Below, piece after piece: positions 50,581-62,101 of a DNA stretch of 64,000 nucleotides; the stretch's first letter is position 1, and each line of letters opens with the position of its first letter. The notes below the pieces were generated by a model that was not told where the DNA came from, searched no databases, and worked only from the letters and a program-made list of their open reading frames with translations. Source of the stretch: an uncultured Sphingomonadaceae bacterium (GTDB lineage: Bacteria; Pseudomonadota; Alphaproteobacteria; Sphingomonadales; Sphingomonadaceae); NCBI GenBank assembly GCA_964245815.1, contig CAXTNX010000007.1, positions 1,787 to 65,786 on the forward strand. The letters are read 5' to 3'. The position numbers and the translations under genes were made by a program.

Positions 50581-51129
50581 ATGTCGGGCGGTGGTCTCGC
50601 CGAAGCGTTCATGGCGAACCGGGCTGCCCTGCTCCGCTATCTGCGCGGACGCGGCGCCGGCGACGAGGCCGAGGATCTTCTACAGGACCTGTGGCTCAAG
50701 CTGGACGGTCATACCGAGATCGGCTTCGTCGATGCGCGTGCCTATCTCTATCGGATGGCCCACAATCTGATGCTCGACCGGCAGCGCGGCAGTATCAGGC
50801 GGCGGCGGCGCGAGGACGCCTATTACAGCGATGCCGGCGGCGGCGGCGCGGGCGACGCGCCCGGCGCGGAACGCACGCTGCTCGGCCGCGAGACGCTGCG
50901 CCGGGTCGAGGCGGTGCTGTCCGCGCTCGGCCCGCGGACCGATCTGATCTTCCGGCGCTACCGGATCGAGGGCATCTCCCAGCGCGACATCGCGGGCGAA
51001 CTCGGCATCACCCTGAGCGCGGTCGAGAAGCAGCTTCAGAAGGCCTATCGCGCGGTGGCAAGCGTTCAGGAGATGCTGCTCGGCGAGGACGCCGCCTGCG
51101 CACCGGAGGCCAGCGATGAGCCCCGCTGA
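50581..51129 (+). CDS. ECF RNA polymerase sigma factor (FecI-like)
   Basis: AEDLLQDLWLK, YLYRMAHNL..D, IAGELGITLSAVEKQL. Confidence 0.9.
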   Translation: MSGGGLAEAFMANRAALLRYLRGRGAGDEAEDLLQDLWLKLDGHTEIGFVDARAYLYRMAHNLMLDRQRGSIRRRRREDAYYSDAGGGGAGDAPGAERTLLGRETLRRVEAVLSALGPRTDLIFRRYRIEGISQRDIAGELGITLSAVEKQLQKAYRAVASVQEMLLGEDAACAPEASDEPR

Positions 51130-52102
51130 CGCGCGCCGCCGCGACGAGGCGCTGGACTGGGTCAGACGCATCCAGGACCCGCATTTCACGGACTGGGAGG
51201 CGCACGCCGACTGGCTCGACGTCGATCCGCGCAATGCCCATGCGTTCGACGAGATGGCGGATCTCATCGCCACCGCCGTCGCCGGTCTCGGGCCCGCCGG
51301 ATCGGCCGCGACGGCGGTCGGACCGGCCAGCGACGATCCGGCGGGCGGTCCGGCGATCGATCCGGCGATCTCCGCGAGGCGACGCTGGAATCGTACCGGC
51401 ATCGGTCTCGCCGTCGCCGCCGGTCTGGCGGCGCTGGTCGCGGTGCCCGCGGTGATGACCCATGGCGGGGGGAGCATCGCCTACACCGTCCGGACGGGCG
51501 CCGGCGAACGACGCACGGTGGCGCTCCTCGACGGCACGCGGATCGCGCTCAACGGCGACAGCGCGATCGAACTCGATCACCGCGATCCGCGCACCGCCTC
51601 GCTGGAGCGCGGCGAGGCGTATTTCGCGGTCGTCCACGATGCCGCGCATCCCTTCGTGGTCCATGCCGGCGATGCGACGTTCCAGGATCTCGGAACCGCG
51701 TTCGATATCGTCCGCGAGTCCGGCGGGGCGCGGGCGTCGGTGCACGAGGGCGCGATCCTCTACGATCCGGGCGGCGCGGCGGTGCGGATCGGCCGCGGCG
51801 ACGCGATCGAGATCGCGCAGCGCACCGCGATCGTGCGACATGTCGATGCCGCCGCGGTCGGCGCGTGGCGATCGGGCCGGCTGACCTATGCGGATGCCCC
51901 GATGACCGAGGTCGCCGCCGATCTGGCGCGTTCGATCGGCGAGCCGGTGCATGTCGATCGCAATGCCGCATCGGCGCGTTTCACCGGCGTGATCATGATC
52001 GATCCCGATCGGACGCGGATGTTTCGGCGCGTGGCGGCGATCACCGGTGCCCGGATCCATCGCGACGGCGCGGGCTGGCGGATGGCGTTGCCCGCCCGGT
52101 GA
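51116..52102 (+). CDS. FecR-family anti-sigma/signal transducer
   Basis: EALDWV N-terminus, one TM segment, TGAGERRTVALLDGTRIALN, GEAYFAV.HD. Confidence 0.92.
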   Translation: MSPADARRRDEALDWVRRIQDPHFTDWEAHADWLDVDPRNAHAFDEMADLIATAVAGLGPAGSAATAVGPASDDPAGGPAIDPAISARRRWNRTGIGLAVAAGLAALVAVPAVMTHGGGSIAYTVRTGAGERRTVALLDGTRIALNGDSAIELDHRDPRTASLERGEAYFAVVHDAAHPFVVHAGDATFQDLGTAFDIVRESGGARASVHEGAILYDPGGAAVRIGRGDAIEIAQRTAIVRHVDAAAVGAWRSGRLTYADAPMTEVAADLARSIGEPVHVDRNAASARFTGVIMIDPDRTRMFRRVAAITGARIHRDGAGWRMALPAR

Positions 52103-54420
52103 GGGCCGCGACGGCGATCCTCCTCGTGCTCGCGTCGCTGTCGCCGGCCGGGCTGGCCGCGGCGCCGGTGCGATCGCTCGCGATTCCCGCGGGGCGGCTC
52201 GGCGCCGCGATCGTCGCGATCGGGACACAGGCCGGCGTGACGATCGGCATCGCCGACGCCGCCCTGACCGAGATCGCGGTCCCGGGCGTGCACGGCCGGA
52301 TGAGCGCGGCGGCGGCATTGCGCCGGCTGCTCGCGCACAGCGGCGCGACGATGGTGGAGGTGGATGCCGCGACGTTCCGCATCGTCGCACGCTGCCATGC
52401 GGCACCGGATCGGCCGGCGACGCCGCGCGTCGCGGAGACCTCGGTCGCGATCGCGACCGCGATCGTCGTCACCGCCAGCAAGCGCGCGGTGAACGTGGCA
52501 TCCTACCCCGGCACCGTCTCGGTGGTCGAGACCGATGCGATCCGGCCTGGTCGGCTGGGCCGGGGGAGCGAGGCGCTGCTCGACCTTCAACCGGCGCTCT
52601 CGGCCACGCATCTCGGTCCGGGGCGCAACAAGCTGTTCATCCGCGGCATCGCCGATTCGAGCTTCAACGGCCCCACCGCGGCGACCGTCGGCCAGTATCT
52701 CGGCGAGACCCGGCTCAACTACAACGCACCCGACCCCGATCTCGCGCTGTACGACATCGCCTCCGTCGAGATCCTCGAAGGGCCGCAGGGCACCCTTTAC
52801 GGCGCCGGCTCGCTCGGCGGGATCATCCGCCTCGTCCCCGTCCCGCCCGATCTCGCGGTCGCGAGCCTGGCGCTCTCGACCGGCGTATCGACCACGGCGC
52901 ACGGCGCGACCGGCGGAGACGGCGCGTTGATCGCCAACCTGCCGGTGGTCCGCGACGGAATCGCGTTGCGCGGCGTGGTCTATGGCGGCATCGACGGCGG
53001 CTATATCGACGATCCGTCCCGCAACGCCAGGGACATCAACCGCACGACGACCCGCGGCGGCCGCGCGACGCTCAGGATCGCGCCCGCGCCCGACTGGACG
53101 ATCGACCTCAGCGGGGTGATACAGGACATCAACAGCCGCGACGGACAATACGCCCAGCGCGGGTTGCCGCCGCTCGAGCGCGACAGCGTGCTCGCGCAGC
53201 CGTTCGACAACGATTACGCGCTCGCGAGCCTGGTCGTCCGTCACCGCGCGGGCACGATCGATCTGGTTTCCGCCACCTCGGCCGTGTTCCACGATGTCGC
53301 CTCGGTCTACGACGCCAGCACGACACGGGCGACACCACGGCGCTACACCGAGGATGACGGCATCACGCTGCTCACCAACGAAACGCGGGCGTCGCGACAC
53401 GATGCGCGCGGCAACGGCTGGGTCGTCGGCATCGAACTGCTCCACAGCACCGACCGCCTGACCCGCACGCTCGGACCGCCCGCTGCGCCGAGCCGGATCG
53501 CGGGCACGCGCAATACGGTCGAGGAGGCATCCGTCTATGGCGAGGGGACGCGCGCGCTGACCCGCACGCTGTCGGTGACGGCGGGCGGGCGCATCGCCTA
53601 TGACCGCACCGTCGGCAGCGCGCTCGATGCCGGCGGCGATACGGCGCCGCGCCGTCACGATGTCTCGGCGCTGCCTTCGGTCGGGCTCCTGTGGAAGCCG
53701 GACGGCATGATCTCGCTCTATGCGCGCTACCAGCGCGGCTATCGGTCGGGTGGTCTGTCGGTCGCCGCCGACGGCGTTCGGCGGTTCGCGCCCGACAGCG
53801 TCGCGACCAGCGAGATCGGCGTCCGCCGCGGCATGGCTGGGGACCGGCTGAGGTTCGCGGCCGCACTGTCCTTCACGCATTGGGAGCGCATCCAGGCCGA
53901 TCTCGTCGCGACCGACGGGCTGCCCTATACCGACAATATCGGCACGGGCCGGGTGCTCGGCTTCGAGCTGCAATCGGCGTGGCGCGTGGTCGACGCGCTG
54001 ATCCTCGACGGCGCGCTGTTCCTCAACCAGAGCCGGCTGTCGCACCCCGCGGCCGGCTTCGAGGGCGAGCGCGACGCGACGCTGCCCAACATCGCCGACG
54101 TCGTCGCGCGGGTCGGCGCGCGCTTTACGGCGCGGGCGTTCGGTCGCCCGATCGCGCTCAGCGCATCGCTGGATTATGTCGGGCGTTCGCGGCTCGGCGT
54201 CGGCACGGCGCTCGACCTGCGGCAGGGACGTTCTATCGATTCTGCCGCCGGCCTCAGCATCCCCGCGGGGCGCACGACGATCTCGATCGATATCACCAAT
54301 CTGGCCGACGCGCGCGGCAACGTCTTCGCGCTCGGCAATCCGTTCGGCGTCGTGGCGGGGGATCAGATGACGCCGCTGCGCCCACGCACCATCCGCCTCG
54401 GCGCGACCACGCGGTTTTGA
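52099..54420 (+). CDS. TonB-dependent transducer with N-terminal signalling (STN) domain
   Basis: Signal peptide; IPAGRL...VPGVHGRMS STN; IVVTASKR TonB box; EILEGPQGTLYGAGSLGG plug; terminal Phe. Confidence 0.92.
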   Translation: MRAATAILLVLASLSPAGLAAAPVRSLAIPAGRLGAAIVAIGTQAGVTIGIADAALTEIAVPGVHGRMSAAAALRRLLAHSGATMVEVDAATFRIVARCHAAPDRPATPRVAETSVAIATAIVVTASKRAVNVASYPGTVSVVETDAIRPGRLGRGSEALLDLQPALSATHLGPGRNKLFIRGIADSSFNGPTAATVGQYLGETRLNYNAPDPDLALYDIASVEILEGPQGTLYGAGSLGGIIRLVPVPPDLAVASLALSTGVSTTAHGATGGDGALIANLPVVRDGIALRGVVYGGIDGGYIDDPSRNARDINRTTTRGGRATLRIAPAPDWTIDLSGVIQDINSRDGQYAQRGLPPLERDSVLAQPFDNDYALASLVVRHRAGTIDLVSATSAVFHDVASVYDASTTRATPRRYTEDDGITLLTNETRASRHDARGNGWVVGIELLHSTDRLTRTLGPPAAPSRIAGTRNTVEEASVYGEGTRALTRTLSVTAGGRIAYDRTVGSALDAGGDTAPRRHDVSALPSVGLLWKPDGMISLYARYQRGYRSGGLSVAADGVRRFAPDSVATSEIGVRRGMAGDRLRFAAALSFTHWERIQADLVATDGLPYTDNIGTGRVLGFELQSAWRVVDALILDGALFLNQSRLSHPAAGFEGERDATLPNIADVVARVGARFTARAFGRPIALSASLDYVGRSRLGVGTALDLRQGRSIDSAAGLSIPAGRTTISIDITNLADARGNVFALGNPFGVVAGDQMTPLRPRTIRLGATTRF

Positions 54421-54472
54421 ACTGCGGGTTCGGCCTTGCGGTGTCGTAGGGGATCATGAGCGTTCGGAAGGA

Positions 54473-55018
54473 ATGGCGATGCGGGTGCGGGATTTGGGTG
54501 CGGCCGGCGCGCTGCTGGTCGCCGGCGTCGCGCCGGCGCAGGCGAGCGACCATGGCTATGCGGTGGCGAGCTCGATCGGTCGCGACATCCTCGTCGCCGC
54601 CGCGCTTGGGGTGCCCGCCGTGCAGGGCGACTGGCGCGGCGATCTCGAGGCGGCGGGCAGCATCGCCGCCGCCGGTGGCGTCTCCTACGGTCTCAAGGAA
54701 CTGATCCACGAACGCCGCCCCGATGGCAGCGACGACAAGAGCTTCCCCTCGGGTCACGCCGCAGTCTCGTTCGCCGCCGCGGCAAGCCTGGAGAACCGCT
54801 ATGGCTGGGAGGTCGGCATACCGGCATTCGCGCTCGCCTCGTTCGTCAGCGCGGCACGCGTCGAGGCGCGCAAGCATCATTGGTACGATGTCGTCGCCGG
54901 TGCCGCGATCGGCAGCGCGAGCGGCTTCCTCATCACCTCCAGGCGCAACGACGGCGTGCGGCTGGTGCCATGGGCGGATGGCGGCGGCGGCGGCCTCTCG
55001 CTGGCGACGCGCTTCTGA
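54473..55018 (+). CDS. PAP2-family phosphatase, probably exported
   Basis: KELIHERRP (C1), SFPSGH (C2), [13 protein letters not shown] (C3). Confidence 0.9.
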   Translation: MAMRVRDLGAAGALLVAGVAPAQASDHGYAVASSIGRDILVAAALGVPAVQGDWRGDLEAAGSIAAAGGVSYGLKELIHERRPDGSDDKSFPSGHAAVSFAAAASLENRYGWEVGIPAFALASFVSAARVEARKHHWYDVVAGAAIGSASGFLITSRRNDGVRLVPWADGGGGGLSLATRF

Positions 55019-55069
55019 CGCCGCCAGGGCGACCACGCCGCCTGTGGCACCGGCCGCGGCGCGCGTCGC

Positions 55070-55350
55070 GCGTCGCGATCGACTGCGTGACCCTTGGCGA
55101 TCCCGGACAGGCCGATCCGCGCCGCGCCTCGGACGCGCCCGGTGTCGCCGTCCGGTTCGATGTCGCGCCAGGTGCCTCCGGCGTGCGCTGCGGCCACCGG
55201 ATCGAACGCGCCGTCGCTCGCCTCCGCCCAGTGCAGCGCGCGCGTCAGGCAGTCGCGTGGGCAGGCCTCGATGCACCTCGCGACCTGCCCGATCCGGTTG
55301 AGCGCGCTGGTCCCGTCCTGCGCGCCCATCAGCCGGTGGATCGCCGAGCC
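55070..55350 (-). pseudogene. apbE: ApbE (FAD:protein FMN transferase) remnant
   Basis: Minus-strand AIHRLM...SALNRI...[15 protein letters not shown]...WRDIE...[12 protein letters not shown]; N-terminus and C-terminal half missing. Confidence 0.65.
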
Positions 55351-55389
55351 GGCTTGCGCTCGCCGCCGGTTTGGCCTCTGACTGTACGC

Positions 55390-58300
55390 ATGCTCAAGGC
55401 CGGCCTGCACCACCTCACCGCCTATCGTTACGACCGCCCGATCCGGCTGGGTCCGCAGGTCATCCGCCTGCGACCCGCACCGCACAGCCGCACCAAGGTG
55501 CCGAACTACGCGCTGACCATCGAGCCGCCGAACCATTTCCTCAACTGGCAGCAGGATCCGCACGGCAACTGGCTGGCGCGGATCGTGTTTCCGGATCCGG
55601 TCGATCGTTTCTCGATCGACGTCGACCTGCTCGCCGATCTCGACATCGTCAATCCGTTCGACTTCTTCGTCGAGCCCTATGCCGAGACCTATCCCTTCAC
55701 CTACGATGCCGATCTCGCGACCGATCTCGCCGCCTATCGGGACACCGAGCCGCAGGGGCCGCTGTTCGAGGCGCTGGTCGCGCGGCACGCCGCCACGCGC
55801 GAGCGGACGATCGACGTCCTCGTCGAGATCAATTCCGGGATCCAACGCCAGGTCGGCTATGTCATCCGCATGGAATCGGGTGTGCAGACGCCCGAGGAGA
55901 CGCTCGCGATCGGCAGCGGCTCGTGCCGCGACTCGGCCTGGCTGCTCGTCCAGCTGCTGCGCCGGCTGGGCTTCGCCGCGCGCTTCGTGTCGGGTTATTC
56001 GATCCAGCTCGTCGCCGATGTCGAGCCTATCGAAGGGCCGAAGGGCGTCACCCAGGACGTCGTCGACCTCCACGCCTGGGCGGAGGCCTATGTGCCCGGC
56101 GCCGGCTGGATCGCGCTCGACGCGACATCGGGCATGTTTGCGGGCGAGGGCCATATCCCGCTGTGCGCGACCCCGCACTATCGCTCCGCCGCGCCGATCA
56201 GCGGCATGGCCGAACCCGCCGAGGTGTCGTTCCACTTCGAGATGAGCGTCACCCGCATCGCCGAGGCGGTGCGGATCACCAGGCCGTTCACCGACGAGCG
56301 CTGGGCGGCGGTGCAGGCGCTGGGCGATCGCGTCGACGCCGATCTGGTCGCGCAGGACGTGCGGCTGACGACCGGCGGCGAACCGACGTTCGTGGCGGCG
56401 GACGGCGGTCAGGCGGACGAGTGGAACGGCGGCGCGGTCGGCCCGGAGAAGCAGGGCTATGCCGACAAGCTGGTGCGCTCGCTGCGCGAGACCTTCGCGC
56501 CCGGCGGCATGCTTCATCACGGCCAGGGCAAATGGTATCCGGGGGAGAGCCTGCCGCGCTGGGCCTATGCGATCTACTGGCGCGGCGATGGCGTGCCGGT
56601 GTGGCGCGACGCATCGCTGATCGCGCGGGAGGATGGCGGGGACAAGCCGCCCGCCACCGCCGCGATGGCCGAGGCGCTGCTCCACGGCATCGCCACGGGG
56701 CTGCACCTCGCGCCGGCCAACGTCTCGCCGGTGTTCGAGGACGAGGAGGCATGGACGGGCAAGGCCGCCGATCTCCCGGTCAACACGACCCCCGACGATC
56801 CCAGGATCGACGATCCCGAGGCGCGCGCGCGCATGGTCCGCGCCTTTGCGCGCGGTCTCGCCAATCCGGTCGGCTATGTGTTGCCCGTGCAGCGCTGGCA
56901 GGCGGCTCAGCAGGGCTCGTGGATGAGCGAAAGCTGGCGGCTGCGGCGTGGCAAGCTGTACGCGGTGCCCGGCGACAGCGCGCTCGGCTACCGCCTGCCG
57001 TTGGGCTCGCTGCCCTATGTGCCGCCCGCCGCCTTTCCCTATATCCACCCGCGCGACACCAGCGAGCCGCGCGGCCCCCTTCCCGGTTTCGCGCGCCAGG
57101 CCGGCATCGAGATCGCCGCGCCCGACCCGCGCGAGCGTCAGGTCGCCAGCCGGGGCGAGACGCCGCCGACCGCCGCGCAGGAGCGTGTCGAGCAGGAGCT
57201 GATCGAGGGCGCGGTCCGGACGGCGATCACCGTCGAGCCCAAGGCGCATTATCTCTCGGTGTTCCTGCCGCCGGTGCGCGCGCTGGAGGATTATCTCGAG
57301 CTCGTCGCCGGTGTCGAGGCGGCGGCGGCGGCGCTTGCCGTCGAGGTGCGGATCGAAGGCTATGCGCCGCCACCCGATCCGCGGCTCCAGGTGCTCAAGG
57401 TGACCCCCGATCCCGGCGTCATCGAGGTCAACGTCCAGCCGGTATCGAGCTGGAGCGAGACCGTCGAGCTGACCGAGACGCTCTACCACACCGCGCGCCG
57501 GCACGGCATGACCGCGGACAAGTTCATGATCGACGGACGCGCGGTCGGAACCGGCGGCGGCAATCATATCGTGCTCGGCGGCGCGGCGCTCGACGACAGC
57601 CCGTTCATCCGGCGCCCCGATCTGCTCAAGTCGTTCGTGCTCTACTGGCAGCGTCATCCGGCGCTCAGCTATCTGTTCTCGGGCATGTTCATCGGCCCGA
57701 CCAGCCAGGCGCCGCGGATCGACGAGGCGCGCCACGACGGGCTCTACGAGCTCGAGATCGCGCTCGCGCAGGTGCCCGCACCTTGCGAGGGCGAGATGCC
57801 GCCGCCGTGGCTGGTCGACCGGCTGTTCCGCAACCTGCTCGTCGACGTGACCGGCAACACGCACCGCACCGAGATCTGCATCGACAAGCTGTTCTCGCCC
57901 GATGGCCCGACCGGGCGCCTCGGCCTGGTCGAGTTCCGCGCCTTCGAGATGCCGCCCGACGCGCGGATGAGCCTCGCGCAGCAATTGCTGCTTCGCGCGC
58001 TCACCGCCTGGTTCTGGCGCGAGCCCCGGCAGGGCGGGCTGGTGCGCTGGGGGACGCAGCTCCACGATCGCTTCATGCTGCCGGAGTTCGTCTGGGCGGA
58101 CTTCCTCGACGTGCTGTCCGATCTGCGCGGCGCCGGCTACGACTTCGATCCCGCCTGGTTCGAGGCGCAGCGCCAGTTCCGCTTCCCGGTGCACGGCGCG
58201 GTGACGGCGGGCGGCGTCATGCTGGAGATCGCGCATGCGTTGGAGCCGTGGAACGTGCTCGGCGAGACCGGCGCGATCGGCGGGACGGTGCGCTATGTCG

Positions 58301-58731
58301 ACAGCTCGACCGAGCGATTGCAGGTCCGCGCCTCGGGACTGGTCGCCGGGCGGCACGTCGTCGCCTGCAACGGCCGGCGCGTGCCGATGACGCCCACGGG
58401 CAGGCCCGGCGAAGGCGTCGGCGGGGTGCGCTACAAGGCCTGGGCGCCGGCGGACTGCCTGCATCCGCGCCTGGCGGTGAACGCGCCGCTGACCTTCGAC
58501 GTGCTCGATGCGTGGAGCGGCCGCTCGCTCGGCGGCTGCGTCTATCATGTCGCGCATCCGGGCGGCCGCAGCTATGACGACGTGCCGGTCAACGCCTATG
58601 AGGCCGAGGCGCGGCGCAAGGCGCGCTTCCAGGACCACGGCCATACCCCCGGGCAGGTCGCGATGCCGCCTGAGGAGCCTGCCGGCGAGTTCGCGATGAC
58701 GCTCGATCTGCGTCGCCCGCCGCCGCTGTGA
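55390..58731 (+). CDS. Transglutaminase-like domain fused to DUF2126 putative amidoligase
   Basis: Triad GSCRDSAW / DLHAWAE / LDATSG; C-terminal [31 protein letters not shown]; about 1113 aa. Confidence 0.9.
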   Translation: MLKAGLHHLTAYRYDRPIRLGPQVIRLRPAPHSRTKVPNYALTIEPPNHFLNWQQDPHGNWLARIVFPDPVDRFSIDVDLLADLDIVNPFDFFVEPYAETYPFTYDADLATDLAAYRDTEPQGPLFEALVARHAATRERTIDVLVEINSGIQRQVGYVIRMESGVQTPEETLAIGSGSCRDSAWLLVQLLRRLGFAARFVSGYSIQLVADVEPIEGPKGVTQDVVDLHAWAEAYVPGAGWIALDATSGMFAGEGHIPLCATPHYRSAAPISGMAEPAEVSFHFEMSVTRIAEAVRITRPFTDERWAAVQALGDRVDADLVAQDVRLTTGGEPTFVAADGGQADEWNGGAVGPEKQGYADKLVRSLRETFAPGGMLHHGQGKWYPGESLPRWAYAIYWRGDGVPVWRDASLIAREDGGDKPPATAAMAEALLHGIATGLHLAPANVSPVFEDEEAWTGKAADLPVNTTPDDPRIDDPEARARMVRAFARGLANPVGYVLPVQRWQAAQQGSWMSESWRLRRGKLYAVPGDSALGYRLPLGSLPYVPPAAFPYIHPRDTSEPRGPLPGFARQAGIEIAAPDPRERQVASRGETPPTAAQERVEQELIEGAVRTAITVEPKAHYLSVFLPPVRALEDYLELVAGVEAAAAALAVEVRIEGYAPPPDPRLQVLKVTPDPGVIEVNVQPVSSWSETVELTETLYHTARRHGMTADKFMIDGRAVGTGGGNHIVLGGAALDDSPFIRRPDLLKSFVLYWQRHPALSYLFSGMFIGPTSQAPRIDEARHDGLYELEIALAQVPAPCEGEMPPPWLVDRLFRNLLVDVTGNTHRTEICIDKLFSPDGPTGRLGLVEFRAFEMPPDARMSLAQQLLLRALTAWFWREPRQGGLVRWGTQLHDRFMLPEFVWADFLDVLSDLRGAGYDFDPAWFEAQRQFRFPVHGAVTAGGVMLEIAHALEPWNVLGETGAIGGTVRYVDSSTERLQVRASGLVAGRHVVACNGRRVPMTPTGRPGEGVGGVRYKAWAPADCLHPRLAVNAPLTFDVLDAWSGRSLGGCVYHVAHPGGRSYDDVPVNAYEAEARRKARFQDHGHTPGQVAMPPEEPAGEFAMTLDLRRPPPL

Positions 58732-61211
58732 CGGCGGCCGCGCAGATGACCGCGTCCGCCGAGCAGGACGCGTTGGCCCGCTATGCCGGCGAGGCGGGCG
58801 CTGGCGACCTGATGCTGGGGGCCGACGCCGAGATGGCGCCGCGCTGGGCAGCGATGCTGGCCGGGCTTTCGGCACGCGAGCGCGGTGGCTTTGCCGGCGT
58901 CCACGCGCGCGCGGCGCGGCAGGTGCTCGATCTCGGCATGGCGTTCCGCCTGGCGGGCGAGCAGGACGAGCGCGCCTGGCCGCTGAGCCCGGTGCCGCTG
59001 CTGATCCCGGCGCGCGAATGGGACACGATCGAGCACGGCCTCGCGCAGCGCGCCGATCTGCTGGAAACCGTGCTGGCGGATGTCCATGGCGCCGGCCGGC
59101 TGGTCGCCGACGGCCATCTTCCCGCCGCGGTGGTGACCGGCAGCCCCGGCTATTGGCGGCAGATGCGCGGCGTCGCCCCGCCACGCGGCCATCGCCTGCA
59201 ATTCTACGCCGCCGATCTCGGCCGCGGTCCCAATGGCGAGTGGCGCGTCCTGTCGGATCATGCCCGCGCCCCGGTCGGCGCGGGCTATGCCCTGGAGAAC
59301 CGGCTGGCGATGGCGCGCGCCACCGACGACCTGCTCGGCCACATGAACGTGCGCCGGCTCGCGCCGTTCTTCGCGAGCTTCCGCCAGGGGCTCGCGGCAT
59401 GCTGCGAGCGCGTCGACCCGCGCATCGCGCTGCTCACGCCCGGCCGCTTCAACCCGAGCTATCCGGAACAGGCGCATCTCGCGCGCTATCTCGGCCTGCT
59501 GCTGGTCGAGGGCGAGGACCTGACGGTGAAGGACGACAGGCTCTATGTCCGCACCATCGAAGGGCTCAAGCGGATCGATGCGCTGTGGCGGCGGATCGAC
59601 ACGCGCTTCCTCGATCCGCTGGCGTTCGACGCGCGCTCGCGGATCGGCGTGCCCGATCTGTTCGAGGCGCTCGGCGCGGGCGGTCTCGCGGTCGCCAACT
59701 GGCCGGGCGCGGGCGTCGTCGAGAGCGCCGCCTTCGCCGCCTTCCTGCCGCGGCTGGCGCGCGCGCTGACCGGCGAGAACCTCGTGCTCCCCAACATCGC
59801 GACGTGGTGGTGCGGGCAGGACGCCGAACACCGGCTCGTCCGCGAACGGCTCGACGAACTGGCGGTCGGGCCGGCTTTCGGGCGCGCGCTGCCCGGGCTG
59901 CCCGGCGGCCGCGCGCGCATCGGCGCGCGGCTCGATCCGGCGGACCGTGCGGCGCTCGCCGCGGACATGGCGCACCGGCCGATGGATTATGTCGGGCAGG
60001 AGCTCGTCCGCCTGTCGACCACGCCGGTACTGATCGACGGTGTCCTCGCGGCACGTCCCTTCACGCTGCGCGCCTTCCTCGCGCGCGACGGCGACGGTGC
60101 GTGGCGCGCGATGCCCGGCGGCTTCGCGCGGCTGGCGGCGCATGGCGACATCCGCGCGGTGCTGATGGGCGAAGGCGACCTCTCGGCCGATGTCTGCATC
60201 GTCTCGGACCGGCCCGAGGCGGCGATCTCGCTGCTCGACACCAGTCTCTCGCCCGCGATCCGCCGCGTCGCCGGCACGCTGCCGAGCAAGGCGGCGGACA
60301 ATTTCTTCTGGCTGTCGCGCTATCTCGAGCGCGGCGAGATGGTGCTGCGGATGGTGCGCGCGCTGCTCGGCGGCACGATCGAGGCGGACGGCGCCACCGC
60401 GCTCAGCGGCGCGACGCTCGGCAAGGTCGCCGGGCTGCTCGTCGAATGGGGTGCCGCGCCACGTGCCGCCCTGGCCGGCGGCGTCACCGCGCTGTGCGCG
60501 CGCGCGATCGGCGATACCGCGCTCGGCGCGAGCGCGCATGCGCTGTTCGGCGCCGCCGCCGGGATCGCGCAGGGCCTGCGCGAGCGGCTCTCGATCGATG
60601 TCTGGCGGCTGGTGTCGCGCCCGCTCGGCTCGGTCGCCGAGCATCCCGCGGAAGCGCTGATCGAGCATGCCGCGCGGCTGATCGATCGCTGCGCCGCGAT
60701 GTCCGGCCTTGCCGCCGAGAACATGGTGCGCGGCCCCGCCTGGCAGTTCCAGGATATCGGCCGCCGCATCGAACGCGGCGTCCATCTCTGCCGGCTGCTC
60801 CGCACCTTCGCGACCGACGCCGCGACCAGCGACGATCTCGGCCTGCTGCTCGACCTGTGCGATTGCCAGATCAGCTACCGGATGCGCTATCTCTCGGGTC
60901 TCGCGCTGCTGCCGGTGCGCGACATGCTGGTGCTCGAACCCGGCAATCCGCGCGCGCTCGCCTTCCAGGTCGACTGCATCGTCCGCCGGCTCGGCGCGCT
61001 GCCCACCTTGCGCGACGACGGCATGCCCGAGCCACCGGTCCGTATCGCCACAGCGATCGCCGCGGTGCTCGCCGCCAGGACCGCCGAGACGCTCGACGAC
61101 GACGATCTCGCGTGGATCGAGGAGCAGTTGCTCGATCTGTCGGACGCGATCGGCGCGCGCTTCTTCCTGCAAGGGCGCGAGCGCGCGGCCAACATGACGC
61201 GGCTGGCGTGA
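58728..61211 (+). CDS. Circularly permuted type-2 ATP-grasp fused to alpha-E (DUF403) domain
   Basis: [57 protein letters not shown]; alpha-E SRYLER and GRRIER. Confidence 0.9.
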   Translation: MTAAAQMTASAEQDALARYAGEAGAGDLMLGADAEMAPRWAAMLAGLSARERGGFAGVHARAARQVLDLGMAFRLAGEQDERAWPLSPVPLLIPAREWDTIEHGLAQRADLLETVLADVHGAGRLVADGHLPAAVVTGSPGYWRQMRGVAPPRGHRLQFYAADLGRGPNGEWRVLSDHARAPVGAGYALENRLAMARATDDLLGHMNVRRLAPFFASFRQGLAACCERVDPRIALLTPGRFNPSYPEQAHLARYLGLLLVEGEDLTVKDDRLYVRTIEGLKRIDALWRRIDTRFLDPLAFDARSRIGVPDLFEALGAGGLAVANWPGAGVVESAAFAAFLPRLARALTGENLVLPNIATWWCGQDAEHRLVRERLDELAVGPAFGRALPGLPGGRARIGARLDPADRAALAADMAHRPMDYVGQELVRLSTTPVLIDGVLAARPFTLRAFLARDGDGAWRAMPGGFARLAAHGDIRAVLMGEGDLSADVCIVSDRPEAAISLLDTSLSPAIRRVAGTLPSKAADNFFWLSRYLERGEMVLRMVRALLGGTIEADGATALSGATLGKVAGLLVEWGAAPRAALAGGVTALCARAIGDTALGASAHALFGAAAGIAQGLRERLSIDVWRLVSRPLGSVAEHPAEALIEHAARLIDRCAAMSGLAAENMVRGPAWQFQDIGRRIERGVHLCRLLRTFATDAATSDDLGLLLDLCDCQISYRMRYLSGLALLPVRDMLVLEPGNPRALAFQVDCIVRRLGALPTLRDDGMPEPPVRIATAIAAVLAARTAETLDDDDLAWIEEQLLDLSDAIGARFFLQGRERAANMTRLA

Positions 61212-62089
61212 GATACCGCGTCGATCACGTCACCCGGGTCCATTATCGGTCGCCGGTACGTCTGGCGCGGTTCAACCTGCGCCTCGCGCCCGTCGCGTGG
61301 CCGGGGCAGACGACGAGCGGCTTCTCGCTCGCGATCGAGCCCCGGCCATCGCTGCGCGAGGACCGCGCGGGCGCCTATCCGTTCCATCTCACCCGCGTCG
61401 AGATCGACCAGCCGATCGAGACGCTCGAGATCCGCGCGCGGTTCGAGGCGAGTGCGGAGGATGCGATGCTCGATCTCGACATCCCCGACCCCTCGATCGG
61501 CGCGGTCGCGGGTTCGGCGCTGGCGCAGCGATCGCTCGATCCCGATTCGCCCACGCTGTTCCTCTACCCGTCGCCGCTGCTGCCGGGGGAAGGCGCGATC
61601 GCCGCGTGGGCGCGACCGCGGCTGCCTGCCGACGCGCCCGTGCTGGCCGCCGGGCTCGCCCTGACGCGCGCGATCCAGCGCCAGTTCCGCTACGATTCGG
61701 ATGCCACCGAGGCCGACACGCCGGTCGCCGACGCGTTCGCGATCCGGCGCGGCGTCTGCCAGGATTTCGCGCACATCCTGATCGAGGCGTTCCGCGCGGT
61801 CGGGCTGCCGGCGGCCTATGTCAGCGGCTATCTGCGCACCGTCCCGCCACCCGGCCAGGCGCGGCTGGTCGGGGTCGATGCGATGCACGCCTGGGTCGCG
61901 CTGTGGTGCGGGGTGCAGCGCGGCTGGGTCGGGCTCGATCCGACCAATGGCTGCATCGCCGGATCGGGCCACCTCGTCACCGCGATCGGGCGCGATTATG
62001 CCGATGTCTCGCCGATCGACGGCATCTTCGTCGGCGGCGGATCGCAGCGCATCGAAACGCGCGTCGATGTGGTGCCGCTGGAGGGATGA
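61208..62089 (+). CDS. Transglutaminase family protein with bacterial N-terminal domain
   Basis: GTG start overlapping the upstream stop; [13 protein letters not shown]-domain; triad GVCQDFAH / MHAWV / LDPTNG; GRDYADVSP. Confidence 0.9.
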   Translation: MRYRVDHVTRVHYRSPVRLARFNLRLAPVAWPGQTTSGFSLAIEPRPSLREDRAGAYPFHLTRVEIDQPIETLEIRARFEASAEDAMLDLDIPDPSIGAVAGSALAQRSLDPDSPTLFLYPSPLLPGEGAIAAWARPRLPADAPVLAAGLALTRAIQRQFRYDSDATEADTPVADAFAIRRGVCQDFAHILIEAFRAVGLPAAYVSGYLRTVPPPGQARLVGVDAMHAWVALWCGVQRGWVGLDPTNGCIAGSGHLVTAIGRDYADVSPIDGIFVGGGSQRIETRVDVVPLEG

Positions 62090-62101
62090 GCCCCTACCCC
62101 T

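Noticed and set aside
55330-55389. Sigma-54 promoter for the ligase operon (expected if nitrogen-regulated)
   Set aside because: No GG-N10-GC with TGGCAC/TTGC context found.
54877-59400. 1507-aa minus-strand ORF and other very long antisense/alternate-frame ORFs (e.g. 14343..17318, 24014..27409, 8387..10756, 55371..58577)
   Set aside because: Arg/Ala/Pro-rich shadow frames typical of high-GC DNA, overlapping well-supported genes. Only the ApbE-like segment (55070-55350) and the bcp portion of 24014..27409 are retained.
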